Assembly (NCBI GenBank): GCA_028826165.1
Contig: JAPDFW010000056.1
Coordinates: 372,001-436,000 of the forward strand
Direction of reading: 5' to 3'
Source: Anaeramoeba ignava BMAN
Taxonomy: Eukaryota; Protista; Anaeramoebae
Length of the DNA stretch: 64,000 nt
Below the pieces are notes generated by a model. The model worked only from the letters and a program-made list of their open reading frames with translations. It was not told the origin of the DNA and ran no database searches. Each line of letters opens with the position of its first letter. Position 1 is the first letter of the stretch. The position numbers and the translations under genes are program-made. Below, piece after piece: positions 1 through 12,930 of this stretch.

Positions 1-3000
1 GAGAATTTTGGAATAATTTTCCGCGGACTTGAAAATATTTTCCACGATCCAAATATTCAAGTGATGCAAAAATCATTGAAATGTTTCCAGAAATTATTAT
101 ATAAAACAAAGAGAGTATCGCGAGCAATTCTTCCCGAATTCATTCCGCAGGTGATCAACAAAATATCCGATCCAAAATTAAAAACGACCATTTTCGAAGT
201 TCTTACTAGTTTAACGGAAATATTCACAACCCAAAAAATTTTCCAGAATATTTACGAACCAGCACTTAGCCATAAGAGCCCTAAAGTATTAACAGAAGTG
301 CTAAATTGGATTAATACAGCACTTCTTGAATTCGGGACGCCGACTCTTGATGTGAAAGGATTCCTTGAATTCATCAAAAAATGTTTTGGTAACACAAATC
401 CACTTGTGAAGAAAGCTGCTCTTGATGTTGTTCATACATCTCGTTTGTATTTTGGCGAATCAATTCGCGTTGTTTTTGAAGAGCTCAGTCCTTCAATATT
501 GAAAACAATTGATGCCACAATCGAAAAAGCTTCAAAAGCACAAGTACCAACACCAACAAAAACAATGAGAATTCCTAAAGAATCGCCGAAAAAACAAGAA
601 TCCAAAAAACCGAAGAAAACTTCGAAATCAAAAACATCAGGAAAATCGAAAGCAAAACCAAAAGCAAAACCAAAAGCGAAACCAAAAGCGAAAGCAAAAA
701 CAACGAAAAAACCGCAAAAAGGCAAAGCGGAACCAGCACCACAGCAAAATTCGCAACAACAAATTGACGAAGAGTTGGTGAATCTTTTGAAATCCAAGGA
801 TTGGAAAATGCGACAAAAAGCACTTGAAACATTGCAATCAATTTTCAAATCATGCACAGAAAAAACATCTTTTCCGTTTCAAACGGAAATATTTGAATTA
901 TTAAAAGGACGGTTATCAGAAACAAACAAAAACCTAGTGGTTGTAGTAATCCAAACACTTGAAGCGATAGCAGTGCCTAGCGGGAGCGATCTGAAGCCAC
1001 ATGTAGGAACGATTATGCCTATTGTGCTAACGAATTTCAACGACAAAAAACCGAACATGCGGGAGGCAGTGAGACTGTGTCTGAATGAATGGACAAAACA
1101 AATAGGATTCGATGATTTCCTCCCGATTATTCCTGAAGGACTCAGCTCGCTCAAACTGTCGGAGGCGCGCCAAGACATGTGTGAGTGGATTGCGGCCAGT
1201 ATTCCCACTGTCAAAAAAGCGGATCTTCTCATCCCGATAATGAAACCCATCTTTTTATGTGCCGAGGATAGACTCGCAGGCACAAGAAAAGCTGCTGAGG
1301 ATTCGATCCGAGAAATGATTCTCCAGATCGGCCATAAAAAAATCGCAATCCAAATGGATGGTCTTAAACCAACTACACAGCGCACTATAAATTCTATTCT
1401 TGAAAAATATGCGGATTTGAAACCCATTAAAAAAGAACCCGCAAAAGGAAAGAAACCAAGGAAAAAAAAAGAAGAAACAAACCAGAACAGAAAAAAATCA
1501 CCTGTCAAAAAAAAGGGAAAATCAACAAAAACAAAATCAACAACTGGAAAATCAAAAGCGAAATCAACGAATAAATCAAAAAAGGAGGACAATTCCAACG
1601 CGCAAAACACTGCAGACAGCGAGACAGGAATTTTGAAGATGATCAAAAACGGGAAGAAGAAAAGAGAGGAGCAAATCCACCAAAACAGGTTCAGTGTGGA
1701 AGATTCAAAGAAGGTGCAGGAATTCTTCGATTGGATAAGAGAAGCTGCCAAACTGCTTGTAGAAGAATCTGTCCACGAGCTTCTTTTCTCAGCCAACTTC
1801 AAACTTTTCATCAAGGGAATTGATGCAGTACAAAAATCGATCCAAACACAACCGAAAACAGTGCTTGAAACAGTCGACATTTTCTTCTCGTTTTCAGCAA
1901 TTCGTCTTCATGAAGGAAACATGACGGGATCGATTAAGGTGCTTGAGTTTCTTGTTGAGCTATTTAAATACTTATCAGCAAGCACTTATCAGTTGACAGA
2001 ATGCGAGGCGGGAATAATTATGCCGATACTTATCGACAAAGTTGGCGGAAAAGATAATCTGCGCAACCCAATTAAGGAGATTTTCTCAATGGTGAACGAA
2101 ATGTATCCTCATCCAAAACTGTTTGTTTTCTATCTCGATGGATTGAAGCACAAAAACGCGAAAGTGAAAGCGGAGTGTCTCGATGAAATGACGCGAATTG
2201 TGCAAAAAACTCGCGTTACCGAACTCATTCAACCACGCAAAATGCTTCCCTTCAATTGGTGCGCTTGTGACCGATCGCGATACCACAATAAGAAACAACT
2301 CGCTTAATCTTCTTGTTGAGTCGTATTTGTGGCTTGGATACGACGAATTCCAAAAATGTGTGCTTGATCTCTCACCAGCAGCAAAATCCACAATCGAGGA
2401 CAAAATCAAAAAGGCTCCTCCTTGTCATCCTTTGGAAACAACAGCTAAAAAAGGTGCAGGAAAAAATAAAGGAAAATCAAAAGGAAAAAATGCAGGCAAA
2501 AAAAACGACAATTCGGGACAAAAAATGACAAAGCTCAAAACGAAAGGAAAAGGCAAAACAGAAAAGAACGACGATGGCGGTAATGGCAAAAACAAGACTC
2601 CGCGTCTTTTTACGCTTGATATGGAGAGTTTGCAGTTGCCAAAGGTGGAGTTTGTGGATGTGCCTACACAAGTGATGAAACCAACACCTTCGCCAATCAA
2701 AACAATGCATCCACCTCGCCTGCCATCTCAACTGAGGAAATCTGGGGCCAATACACGCACATCAGAGATCTATCAACTAATTTCACAACTGACAACATAC
2801 AATCCACCAGAAATGATGGAGGCACTATCTCAGGTAACCCAGAAAGTGTTCCTGCGCAAGGACGAGGCAATTGTACCTTACATCAAGAACATCGTGCTTA
2901 CACTTGCGGCGCAGATCCACTTCCTCTTTGTAAGCAAACCGCCAGAAACATCAAGAAGAAGCAAAAGTGCGAAATCGGACTTATCCTCAGATTCCCAGCT

Positions 3001-4169
3001 TGCGGCAAAGATTTTCGATACTCTCATAGCCATATACAACGAAACCCATCTTGTCGACACGCTCGATCTCTCCTCGACCCAGCATCTTCTCCAGGAATCC
3101 TTGATCTTCCTTGTCTCCAAACAGATCAAAATCCTGGACACCCAAGATTCACTTTGCAAACAGATCAACATCCTCATTTTAAAAATACTCGAGAACACCC
3201 ACAAGAACATCATGTATGCCAGCATTATCCGCACACTCCGACTTCTTCTTTCCTCGCCGTATTCGGAGTTGGGACTCAGCAATCTCCAGTCTCCGCCCAT
3301 GTTTGAGAACCAGAGGGATGAGTCTCAGTCGAATCGAAAATCGCAAAAAAGAGCCAAGGATTTGAACCAAAAAACGGAGTTCACAATTCTGCTCCTCAAA
3401 TGCCTGTTCTATTTGGTTCGCAATCTCCCGCGCAATATCAACCATCTGAATCTGGATTCATTGATGTTTGAGATCCATCTGTTCCTGAACACTCATCCTG
3501 TTCACATTAATCCACGATCCAAAAAATGGAAATATGAAAACGATTTTTCGTTGCGCGCAATCAAAACGCTTCTTGTAGAGATCATCAATATCAAGAAGTC
3601 AGATGTTCTCAATCATCTCACAAAAATCCCGCTTGATTCAAATCCTGTCATTGTTTCTTATATCAAAATGATCCTCAAATCATCCAATCTTGACGTCGAT
3701 TTTGATGAAAAAGGACGATTTCAAAACTCCCACAAAATATCCCAAATCAAAAGCACAAAATACCTCCGACGAAACCATTCCTGATGAGGTTTCAACCCAA
3801 TTGGACCAAATACTGTCAAAGGTTGTTGATCCGCAAAAATCAACGCAAGCATTCACTGATTTGCATCAATTTTCTGTCAAAAATCCTTCTGTTGATATCC
3901 AGCAAAAATTGACAAAATTCCCAGAAACTATTCGTGGTTATATTTCACGTGGTTTGTCTCTTAGAAACTCGGAACACAAACACCGTGTTTTGGGTTTAAA
4001 AACTTCAGATGATTTGAGAAAGAATTTAAATCAATTGAAATTTCTTCTTGATCAAAAGAAAAAATCACAACAAGTTCGACAACCAAGAAAATTTAACTTA
4101 AAAGAACAATTTTCAATTGCTGGATTGAGAGATAGATTGGATGCTTTGAAAAAAAGATCAAATAAATAA
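1..4169 (+). CDS. CKAP5: XMAP215/ch-TOG/Dis1 microtubule polymerase (TOG HEAT domains). 5' end lies outside the window; two +1 frameshifts (~2240 and ~3710)
   Basis: Frame 1 is open from base 1. TOG signatures: SHKSPKVLTEVLNW, LKSKDWKMRQKALE, RLSETNKNL, LTECEAGIIMPILIDKVG, KHKNAKVKAECL, DRDTTIRNNSL, plus the C-terminal YISRGL region. ORFs 61-2307, 2198-3784 and 3690-4169 are collinear parts of one protein. Confidence 0.9.
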
Positions 4170-4369
4170 ATAAGAAAATTATTATTATTAATAAAAAAGA
4201 AAGAAAATTATTATTAATAAAAAAGAAAGAAAAATTATTATTATTATTAAAAAAGAAAGAAAATTATTTTTAAAAAAAGAAAAGTCAAAATTAATAAAAA
4301 AAAAGAAAAAAAAAAGAAAAAATTTTTTTTTATTTAATTAATTTTCATTTTTTTCCTTTCTTTTTTCAA

Positions 4370-7300
4370 ATGAAACTTGATAAAAATAATTTAATTTATG
4401 GTGCTGTTGGAGCATTAGCAGTTTCATTAATATTAGGAAGAGTAAGAAATAAGATATTTTTTAATAAAAACCAAAAAAAAAAAATTGAAAGAGATGACTC
4501 AACAAAATAAATTTGGAAAAATAAATGAAAAATAAATGAAAAATAAATGAAAAATAAATGAAAAATAAATGAAAAATAATGGAAAAATAATTGAAAAATA
4601 AATGAAAAATAATTTAAAAATAATTGAAAAATAAATGAAAAATAAATGAAAAATAATGGAAAAATAATTGAAAAATAATTAAAAATAATTGAAAAATAAT
4701 TAAAAAATAAATGAAAAATAATTGAAAAATAATTGAAAAATAATTGAAAAATAAATGAAAAATAAATGAAAAATAATTGAAAAATAATTGAAAAATAATT
4801 GAAAAATAATTGAAAAATAATTGAAAAATAATTGAAAAATAATTGAAAAATAATTGAAAAATAATTGAAAAATAATTGAAAAATAATTGAAAAATAAATG
4901 AAAAATAATGGAAAAATAATTGAAAAATAAATGAAAAATAATTGAAAAATAATTGAAAAATAATTGAAAAATAATTGAAAAATAATTGAAAAATAATTGA
5001 AAAATAATTGAAAAATAAATGAAAAATAAATGAAAAATAATTAAAAAATAATTGAAAAATAAATGAAAAATAATTGAAAAATAAATGAAAAATAAATGAA
5101 AAATAATTTAAAAATAATTGAAAAATAATTGAAAAATAATTGAAAAATAATTGAAAAATAATTGAAAAATAATTGAAAAATAATTGAAAAATAAATTCGA
5201 CAAATTTTTACATTTTTCTTTTTATTTTAAAAAGCTTCCAAATATTAGCTTTCAATTTAAATTAATTATGATGATAATTGGCGGTATTGCTGCTGTTTTA
5301 GCAAGTACTCATTTTATAAAAGAAAAAGAAGAAGAAAAAGAAGAAGATAAAAAAGAAGATAAAAAGAAAAAAGAAGAAAAAGAAGAAAAAGAAGAAAAAA
5401 AAGAAACAATTACCCATAAAATTGGTTTTATTGGAAGGTTTTAATTGAAAAATTTTTGCTTTTTTTTAATTTATAAAAAAAAATATCAAAAATTTTTCAT
5501 TTCAAATAATTCATTAGTGGTAATATGGCTGAAGCAATTGCTAGAGGAATTGTTAATGCTGGTCTTGTTAAACCTGAACAAATTATGGGATCTGATCCAA
5601 TTGAAGTTAGAAGAGAACTTTTCAAAAGCTTTGGAATGAAAACAACTGAAGATAATGAATTAGTTGTTGAATATGCTGATATTATTATTCTTGCAACAAA
5701 ACCACAAGTTGCACAAGACATGTTACAACATTTGAAAAACAAAAATTTAGCTGGAGAGAAAGTAATGAATATTCAATTTATATTTAATTCAAAATTGTTT
5801 TAATATTTAATTAATATTAATTCAAAATTGTTTTAATATTTAATTAATATTAATTCAAAATTGTTTTAATATTTAATTCAAAATTATTTTAATATTTAAT
5901 TTATATTTAATTCAAAATTATTCTAATATTTAATTCAAAATTATTTTAATATTTAAATTAATATTTAATTCAAAATTGTTTTAATATTTAATTCAAAATT
6001 GTTTAAATATTTAATTCAAAATTATTTTAATATTTATTTTAATATTTAATTCAAAATTATTTTAATATTTAATTAATATTAATTTAAAATTGTTTTAATA
6101 TTTAATTCAAAAATTGTTTTAATATTTAATTTAATATTTAATTCAAAAATTATTTTAATATTTAATTCAAAATTGTTTTAATATTTAATTCAAAATTATT
6201 TTTAATATTTATTTCAATATTTAATTCAAAATTATTTTAATATTTAATTCAAAATTATTTTTAATATTTAATTCAAAAATTGTTTTAAAATTTAATTCAA
6301 AATTATTTTAATATTTAATTTAATATTTAATTTAATATTTATTTCAATATTTATTTTAATATTTAATTCAAAAATTATTTTAATATTTATTTTTAATATT
6401 TAATTCAAAATTATTTTAATATTTAAATTCAAAATTGTTTTAATATTTAATTTAATATTTAATTCAAAAATTATTTTAATATTTAATTTAAAATTATTTT
6501 AATATTTAATTCAAAATTATTTTAATATTTAATTTAATATTAAATTAATATTAATTTAAAATTATTTTAATATTAATTCAAAATTGTTTTAATATTTAAT
6601 TCAAAATTATTTTTAATATTTAAATTCAAAATTGTTTTAATATTTAATTCAAAATTGTTTTAATATTTAATTCAAAATTATTTTAATATTTAATTTAATA
6701 TTTAATTCAAAATTGTTTAAATATTTAATTCAAAATTGTTTTTAATATTTAATTTAATATTATTTTAATATTTAATTCAAAAATTGTTTTAATATTAAAT
6801 CCAAAATTGTTTTAAAATTATTTTAATATTTAATTCAAAATTATTTTAATATTTAATTTAATATTTAATTCAAAATTGTTTTAATATTTAATTCAAAATT
6901 ATTTTAATATTTAATTTAATATTTAATTCAAAATTATTTTAATATTTAATTTAATATTATTTTAATATTTAATTCAAAAATTGTTTAAATATTAAATTCA
7001 AAATTGTTTAAATATTTAATTCAAAATTATTTTAATATTTAATTTAATATTAAATTAATATTAATTTAATATTTATTTTAATATTTAATTCAAAAATTGT
7101 TTTTAATATTTAATTCAAAATTATTTTAATATTATTTTAATATTAATTTTTATATTTAATTCAAAATTGTTTTAATAATTATTTTAATATTTAATTCAAA
7201 ATTATTTTAAAAATTATTTTTAATATTTAATTCAAAATTGTTTTAATATTTAATTCAAAATTGTTTTAATATTTAATTCAAAATTATTTTTAATATTTAA

Positions 7301-10300
7301 TTTAATATTTAATTCAAAATTATTTTAATATTTAATTTAAAATTGTTTTTAATATTAAATTCAAAATTGTTTTAATATTTAATTAATATTAATTCAAAAT
7401 TGTTTTAATATTTAATTCAAAATTATTTTAATATTTAATTAATATTTAATTCAAAATTATTTTAATATTTAATTTAATATTATTTTAATATTTAATTCAA
7501 AATTGTTTTAATATTTAATTCAAAATTGTTTAAATATTTAATTCAATATTTAATTCAAAATTATTTTAATACTATCATGTTCCTCGATAAGAGATTTAAC
7601 GGAAAATTCTTTTTTTTAAACATTTATTTCAACATAAATTTCAATTCTATTTGCAAAAATATCGAGTACTTGAGAATAGAATATTTCTTTTTCTTACCTA
7701 AGTTTAAATCATCATTATTTATTTTTTTAATTTGGCAAATTTTCCAAAATTTTTAACCAAAAAATTTGTTCCTCGATATGAGACTTTTAAATAAATTCTT
7801 ATTGGAGATCAACAAAAAAAGAATTTTTCGTCGATCCCGTTTTTTCAAGTTTTGTTTTTTTTTCCACAAAAACAATTAATCATATCATAATTGGATCTTT
7901 TGGTTCTTTCCCAAATCCTAAATGAAAACAGAATATCGGATAAAAATTTTTTTTAATTTTTTTGCTTTTTTTAATAAAATTTTTCTTTTATTTAAATACC
8001 AAGAAAAAAATGATTTTCAAATTTATTCAAATCTCAAACTCTTTATTTCCTAATCTTAATTAATTTTGGAGAGAAATCACTTTTTTGTTTTATTCTTAAC
8101 AAATTCCATATTTTTTCTGGAATTTTGATTATTTCATTTAATTCCATTTAATTTCATTTAATTTCATTTAATTCCATTTAATTCCATTTAATTTCATTTA
8201 ATTCCATTTAATTTCATTTAATTTCATTTAATTTCATTTAATTCCATTTAATTTCATTTAATTCCATTTAATTTCATTTAATTTCATTTAATTTCATTTA
8301 ATTTCATTTAATTTCATTTAATTTCATTTAATTTCATTTAATTTCATTTAATTTCATTTAATTTCATTTAATCTCATTTAATTTCATTTAATTTCATTTA
8401 ATTTCATTTAATTTCATTTAATTTCATTTAATTTCATTTAATTTCATTTAATTCCATTTAATTTCATTTAATTTCATTTAATTTCATTTAATTTCATTTA
8501 ATTTCATTTTAATTTCATTTAATTTCATTTAATTTCATTTAATTTCATTTAATTTCATTTCATTTAATTTCATTTAATTTCATTTAATTTCATTTAATTT
8601 CATTTAATTTCATTTAATTTCATTTAATTTCATTTAATTTCATTTAATTTCATTTAATTTCATTTAATTTCATTTAATTTCATTTAATTTCATTTAATTT
8701 CATTTAATTTCATTTAATTTCATTTAATCTCATTTAATTTCATTTAATCATTTAATTTCATTTAATTTCATTTAATCTCATTTAATTTCATTTAATCTCA
8801 TTTAATTTCATTTAATTTCATTTAATTTCATTTAATTTCATTTAATTTCATTTAATTTTCATTTAATTTCATTTAATTTCATTTAATTTCATTTAATTTC
8901 ATTTAATCTCATTTAATTTCATTTAATCTCATTTAATCTCATTTAATCTCATTTAATTTCATTTAATTTCATTTAATTTCATTTAATTTCATTTAATTTC
9001 ATTTAATTTCATTTAATTTCATTTAATCTCATTTAATTTCATTTAATTTCATTTAATTTCATTTAATTTCATTTAATTTCATTTAATTTCATTTAATCTC
9101 ATTTAATTTCATTTAATTTCATTTAATTTCATTTAATTTCATTTAATCTCATTTAATCTCATTTAATCTCATTTAATCTCATTTAATCTCATTTAATTTC
9201 ATTTAATTCCATTTAATTTCATTTAATTTCATTTAATCTATTATCAATGAATTTTTTGATTTTGGATTTTTTTTTCATTCTTTGACTTTTAAAGAGAAAA
9301 TGAACTGATTTCCTTAAATCTCTTCTTTTTCCTTGAATTTTTTTGTTTCAAAATATTTTTCTCCTTTCCAAAATTTTTAGAAATTTAGAAAAAAAAAAAG
9401 GGGAAAGTCTCTTATCGAGGAAAAGGCGAAAAATCAAGGTTTAATCATCTTTTTACATTTATACGAAATATGGAATTGCAATAAATTTTTCTCTTTCTCC
9501 TTCAAACTTACTTATATATTATTCTTCCTCATTTTAACATCACTTACGAAAGAAAAAAAGCCAAAATCTCTTATTGAGGAACAAAAAAAATTCTCTTCTA
9601 AAAAAGTGTCCCTCATAAAAACAAATAAAATGAAATAAAGAAGAATTAGTTGAAAGTAAAAAAATAAAAATAAAAATGAGATTTAAGATTATAAATATGC
9701 AGTTTGTTTATTATTTTATTATTTATTGATTTCATCTGAATTTTTCAAAGTCTCATATTGAGGAAAATCTCTTATCGAGGAACATGATAGTATTTATTTT
9801 AATATTTAATTCAAAATTATTTTAATATTTAATTCAAAATTATTTTAATATTTAATTTAATATTTAATTCAAAATTTAATTCAAAATTGTTTTAATATTT
9901 AATTCAAAATTATTTTAATAATAAAAATTAAGATCGTTGTATCAATTATGGCAGGAAAAACTATTCCATGGATCAAAGAAAACCTTGGAGAAAAATCCAA
10001 AGTTATCAGAATCATGCCAAACACACCATTGATGGTAGGATGGGGATCAAGTGGAATAGTAGGATGCAAAGGATGCACAGGAAACGACATCGACTTGATA
10101 GTAAAAATATTCAAGTCAGTTTCACATGTTGAAGTTTTTGAAGATGAATCAAAATTGGACGTTGTGACAGGACTTTCGGGCTCAGGTCCAGCATACATTT
10201 TCCGATTAATCGAGGCAATGACACAAGGAGGAATCGAAGGAGGACTCAAGGAAGAAGATGCACTTGAACTCGCTATTCAAACAATTATTGGTGCAGGAAA

Positions 10301-10481
10301 ACTCGCTAAAGATAGACTTAAGGATAACATCCTTCCTGATAAACTTAGAGTAATGGTCACAAGTCCTCACGGAACAACAGAAGCTGGTCTCAACTATATG
10401 AACGAAAATGGATTTATGGAAGCTGTTTCTGGTGCTGTTAAAAAGGCAACAGAAAGATCTGTTGAACTTGGAAAGAACTAA
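4370..10481 (+). CDS. proC: Pyrroline-5-carboxylate reductase with N-terminal hydrophobic extension; exons 4370-4441, 5235-5437, 5518-5761, 9933-10481
   Basis: GT-AG splicing rebuilds KIGFIGSGNMAEAI (Rossmann fold), ILATKPQ, VSIMAG, IRIMPNTP, GLSGSGPAY and VTSPHGTT. Exon 1 is less certain than the others. Confidence 0.92.
4510..5195. repeat. 11-bp tandem repeat (AAAAATAATTG / AAAAATAAATG)n filling ProC intron 1
   Basis: Directly visible array. Confidence 0.95.
7572..9790. mobile_element. Non-autonomous TIR DNA transposon (MITE-like), TA target-site duplication, probably Tc1/mariner superfamily
   Basis: Perfect 26-bp TIRs CTATCATGTTCCTCGATAAGAGATTT (7572-7597) and AAATCTCTTATCGAGGAACATGATAG (9765-9790). 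TA at 7570-7571 and 9791-9792. Internal copies of the TIR core at ~7767-7786, 9404-9422, 9564-9583, 9747-9766. No transposase ORF. Confidence 0.9.
8131..9237. repeat. 10-bp tandem array (ATTTCATTTA)n, about 110 copies, inside the transposon
   Basis: Directly visible; variants ATTCCATTTA and ATCTCATTTA. Confidence 0.97.
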
Positions 10482-10743
10482 AACTAAAAAAAAAGAAAGC
10501 AAAAAAAATTTTTTCCGTTTTTTTTTTTCGAATTTTTTCTTTTTCTTTTTCTCTTTCTCAATCAAAAAATCCTTTTTACGAAATTGATTTCTTCCTTTTT
10601 TTTTTAGTCAATTTCTTTCAAACAAAATTTAATAAAAAAAAAATTTAAAGATAATTTTCTAAATTCATTTTTTTTCTTTTTTCTTTTTGAAATTATTTTC
10701 TTTTTGAAATTATTTTTCTTTGCGATTGATTGTTTAAACTCAA

Positions 10744-12930
10744 ATGCAATATATTGAAGAAATAAAAAACGAACCAGAACCAGAACAACAATTGCAAGCA
10801 CTTCGGCGAATCAAAAACTATGTTATTGGAAACAAAATCCACAAAAAGCAAATGATGGAAAATGGAATAGTGAAAATATTAGTTGAAATAATAAAGAAGA
10901 ACGAAGACGAAAGAAGGGTAACAGAAGCAGCAACGATACTCGGGAGCTTTGCATGCAGCACAACACGCGCGGAGGTTGAGGGACTTATTAAGGAGAGAGC
11001 GGATATAGGGCTTTGGGAGCTTGTACTGAAAAGCAAAAACGAAAAAGTCCAAGAGTCAGCGCTGCGTTCGCTGAAGATCATGTACCAATCAGCAGAACCG
11101 CCAGAGCATAATGTGTATTCTGAGGAGAATGCGGCGGTTGTTGAGACCCTTATCAAGATGCTGAGCTCAGAGCGGATCAAAACACGCGAACTTGCAGCAT
11201 TTTTGGTTGCCCGGTCTTGCCGGACAGATTCACAAAAGGCGGTTTTTATCTCAAAAGGAGGCGTTAACGGACTTCTTTCCATCCTTAACGAGCGGGCGAT
11301 ATCCGCGTCCAAATCCCACGAGGCTGCACTGGATGCACTTGCATCACTTCTTCATGAAAATGCGGATTGTGCGCGGATTGTTGCCGCCAAAACACCACAT
11401 ATTGTGGCGATGGCCTTTTCATTTATGAAAGATTCGAGCAATGTGTTCAAGCTGATCTCGTCGAAAATTCTGACGAGCTTGCTCAAGGCAGACTCGATCT
11501 CCAACGAGAAAGACCGTGCAAAAGTCGAGACACGATTACTGCCAATTCTAGTTAAACTTCTTGATGACAGCGACGTTGTTCTCCGCTCAGAAGTTCCCAG
11601 AGCCATCGCAGCTTTCTCTCAGCACAGCGATAAGGCGCGCAAGGACATCGCGGAATCCAACGCCATTGATAAGCTCGTTAAAATCTTCAGCGACATGCTT
11701 TCCAAGCCTGACGAATTCGTCGAAATTCCACAAGACACCCCGCCTGTCCTCACAAACACAGGCGCACAAATCATCTCCAGCTTCCTTTTTTCCGTTCAAA
11801 TCTTCTCAGAGAACTCAGATGATCTCCGTCGCAAAATTTCAGACGCGAAAATTCTCTTGAAAATCGCCCCCTTTTTGCGCGCAAATATCCCAGATATCGC
11901 CCTTAATACCGCTAAAATTATCCGAAATCTCACCCGCTCAACTAAGCAATTCGATCCTGCGCTTTCTGACGATTTTCTCCTCGACTTACTTTTCGCCGTC
12001 TTCAGACAATCACACTCAAATACCAAGGAAATAATATGCATCATTTTTTGCAACATGTCTCTTCTTTCTTTAGATTTCAAAAACAAGCTTTTTGAAAAGG
12101 ATCTTCTTCAAGATCTCTCAAGTCTTATTGATTCCCCCGTTGCTGAACTCCGTTTAAATGCCTTCTGGGCTTTGAAAAATATGCTTTATCGCGCTTCTTC
12201 CCAGATCAAGCAAAAATTTCTTGCTCAAATTCCCTTTAAAAAGCTTTTTTCCTTTCTTTCCTCTTCAGAAACCCAAATAAGAGAGCAAGTTTTTGGTATT
12301 TTGAGAAATTTTGCAAGCGGAAAAGTTGATGATGTTCAAATGATACTTCCTGTTCAAGAAGATCTTGTTGTTTTTATTGAGAAAGAGCTTATTTTTTTTA
12401 TGGATTCTACTTTAAATACAAATTCACAAGAAAAATCAAATGAAATGAAAATTGAAATTCCAAATGAAAATTCAAATCAAATTTCAAATGAAAATTCAAT
12501 TCAAATTTCAAATGAAAATTCAAATCAAATTCAAACAGATTCAAAAATGATTCTCGAAAAAGAAAAAACCCTCAAAACAACAAACCCTCAAAATCATAAA
12601 AATTTGGCTTTAAATACAATCTATTTAATTTCAAATTTATCAACTGGAAATGAACAGCAAAAAATTTTACTTCTAAAGAAAAATATCATCGATACTTTAA
12701 ATAAATTACTTTTCTTTCCTGATGATGAAATACAAAAAGGTGTTATTTGGTGTTTTATTAATTTATCATGGAATTGTCCAGATCAAGAAATGACTAAAAA
12801 AAGGATAAATGAACTCAAATCTTTTGGAATTGTTCCAAATTTACAAAAAATTGTCAGTTCTCATAAAAAAACAGAAATTCAAGATTTAGCAAAAAAAGCA
12901 ATTAACAAAATTGAAATCAAATTGAAATGA
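10744..12930 (+). CDS. ARMC8: Armadillo repeat protein 8 (Vid28/GID5, CTLH/GID E3 ligase subunit), intronless
   Basis: N-terminal ALRRIKNYVIGNKIHKK and EAATILGSFA; LRLNAFWALKN; IREQVFGILRN; ARM repeats throughout. Confidence 0.85.
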   Translation: MQYIEEIKNEPEPEQQLQALRRIKNYVIGNKIHKKQMMENGIVKILVEIIKKNEDERRVTEAATILGSFACSTTRAEVEGLIKERADIGLWELVLKSKNEKVQESALRSLKIMYQSAEPPEHNVYSEENAAVVETLIKMLSSERIKTRELAAFLVARSCRTDSQKAVFISKGGVNGLLSILNERAISASKSHEAALDALASLLHENADCARIVAAKTPHIVAMAFSFMKDSSNVFKLISSKILTSLLKADSISNEKDRAKVETRLLPILVKLLDDSDVVLRSEVPRAIAAFSQHSDKARKDIAESNAIDKLVKIFSDMLSKPDEFVEIPQDTPPVLTNTGAQIISSFLFSVQIFSENSDDLRRKISDAKILLKIAPFLRANIPDIALNTAKIIRNLTRSTKQFDPALSDDFLLDLLFAVFRQSHSNTKEIICIIFCNMSLLSLDFKNKLFEKDLLQDLSSLIDSPVAELRLNAFWALKNMLYRASSQIKQKFLAQIPFKKLFSFLSSSETQIREQVFGILRNFASGKVDDVQMILPVQEDLVVFIEKELIFFMDSTLNTNSQEKSNEMKIEIPNENSNQISNENSIQISNENSNQIQTDSKMILEKEKTLKTTNPQNHKNLALNTIYLISNLSTGNEQQKILLLKKNIIDTLNKLLFFPDDEIQKGVIWCFINLSWNCPDQEMTKKRINELKSFGIVPNLQKIVSSHKKTEIQDLAKKAINKIEIKLK

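Larger units (their letters stand above)
5770..9920. repeat. Degenerate ~23-bp AT minisatellite (TAATTCAAAATTATTTTAATATT-like) filling ProC intron 3, interrupted by a transposon at 7572-9790
   Basis: Same unit on both sides of the insertion (5770-7571 and 9791-9920). Confidence 0.9.

Noticed and set aside
432-3445. Antisense ORFs over CKAP5 (and similar ones over ARMC8, vWA, APEH and RNF213)
   Set aside because: They are shadow frames of strongly supported genes and carry no motifs.
1-4169. CKAP5 as a pseudogene or three separate genes
   Set aside because: It is an essential family, the segments are collinear and otherwise intact, and single homopolymer insertions explain both breaks.
7526-7756. 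76-aa ORF as a transposase fragment
   Set aside because: It starts in the minisatellite, crosses the TIR, is F/N/I-biased and has no HTH or DDE motifs.
8131-9237. CRISPR array or telomeric repeat
   Set aside because: There are no unique spacers, the unit has no G-rich telomeric character, and it is internal to a TIR element.
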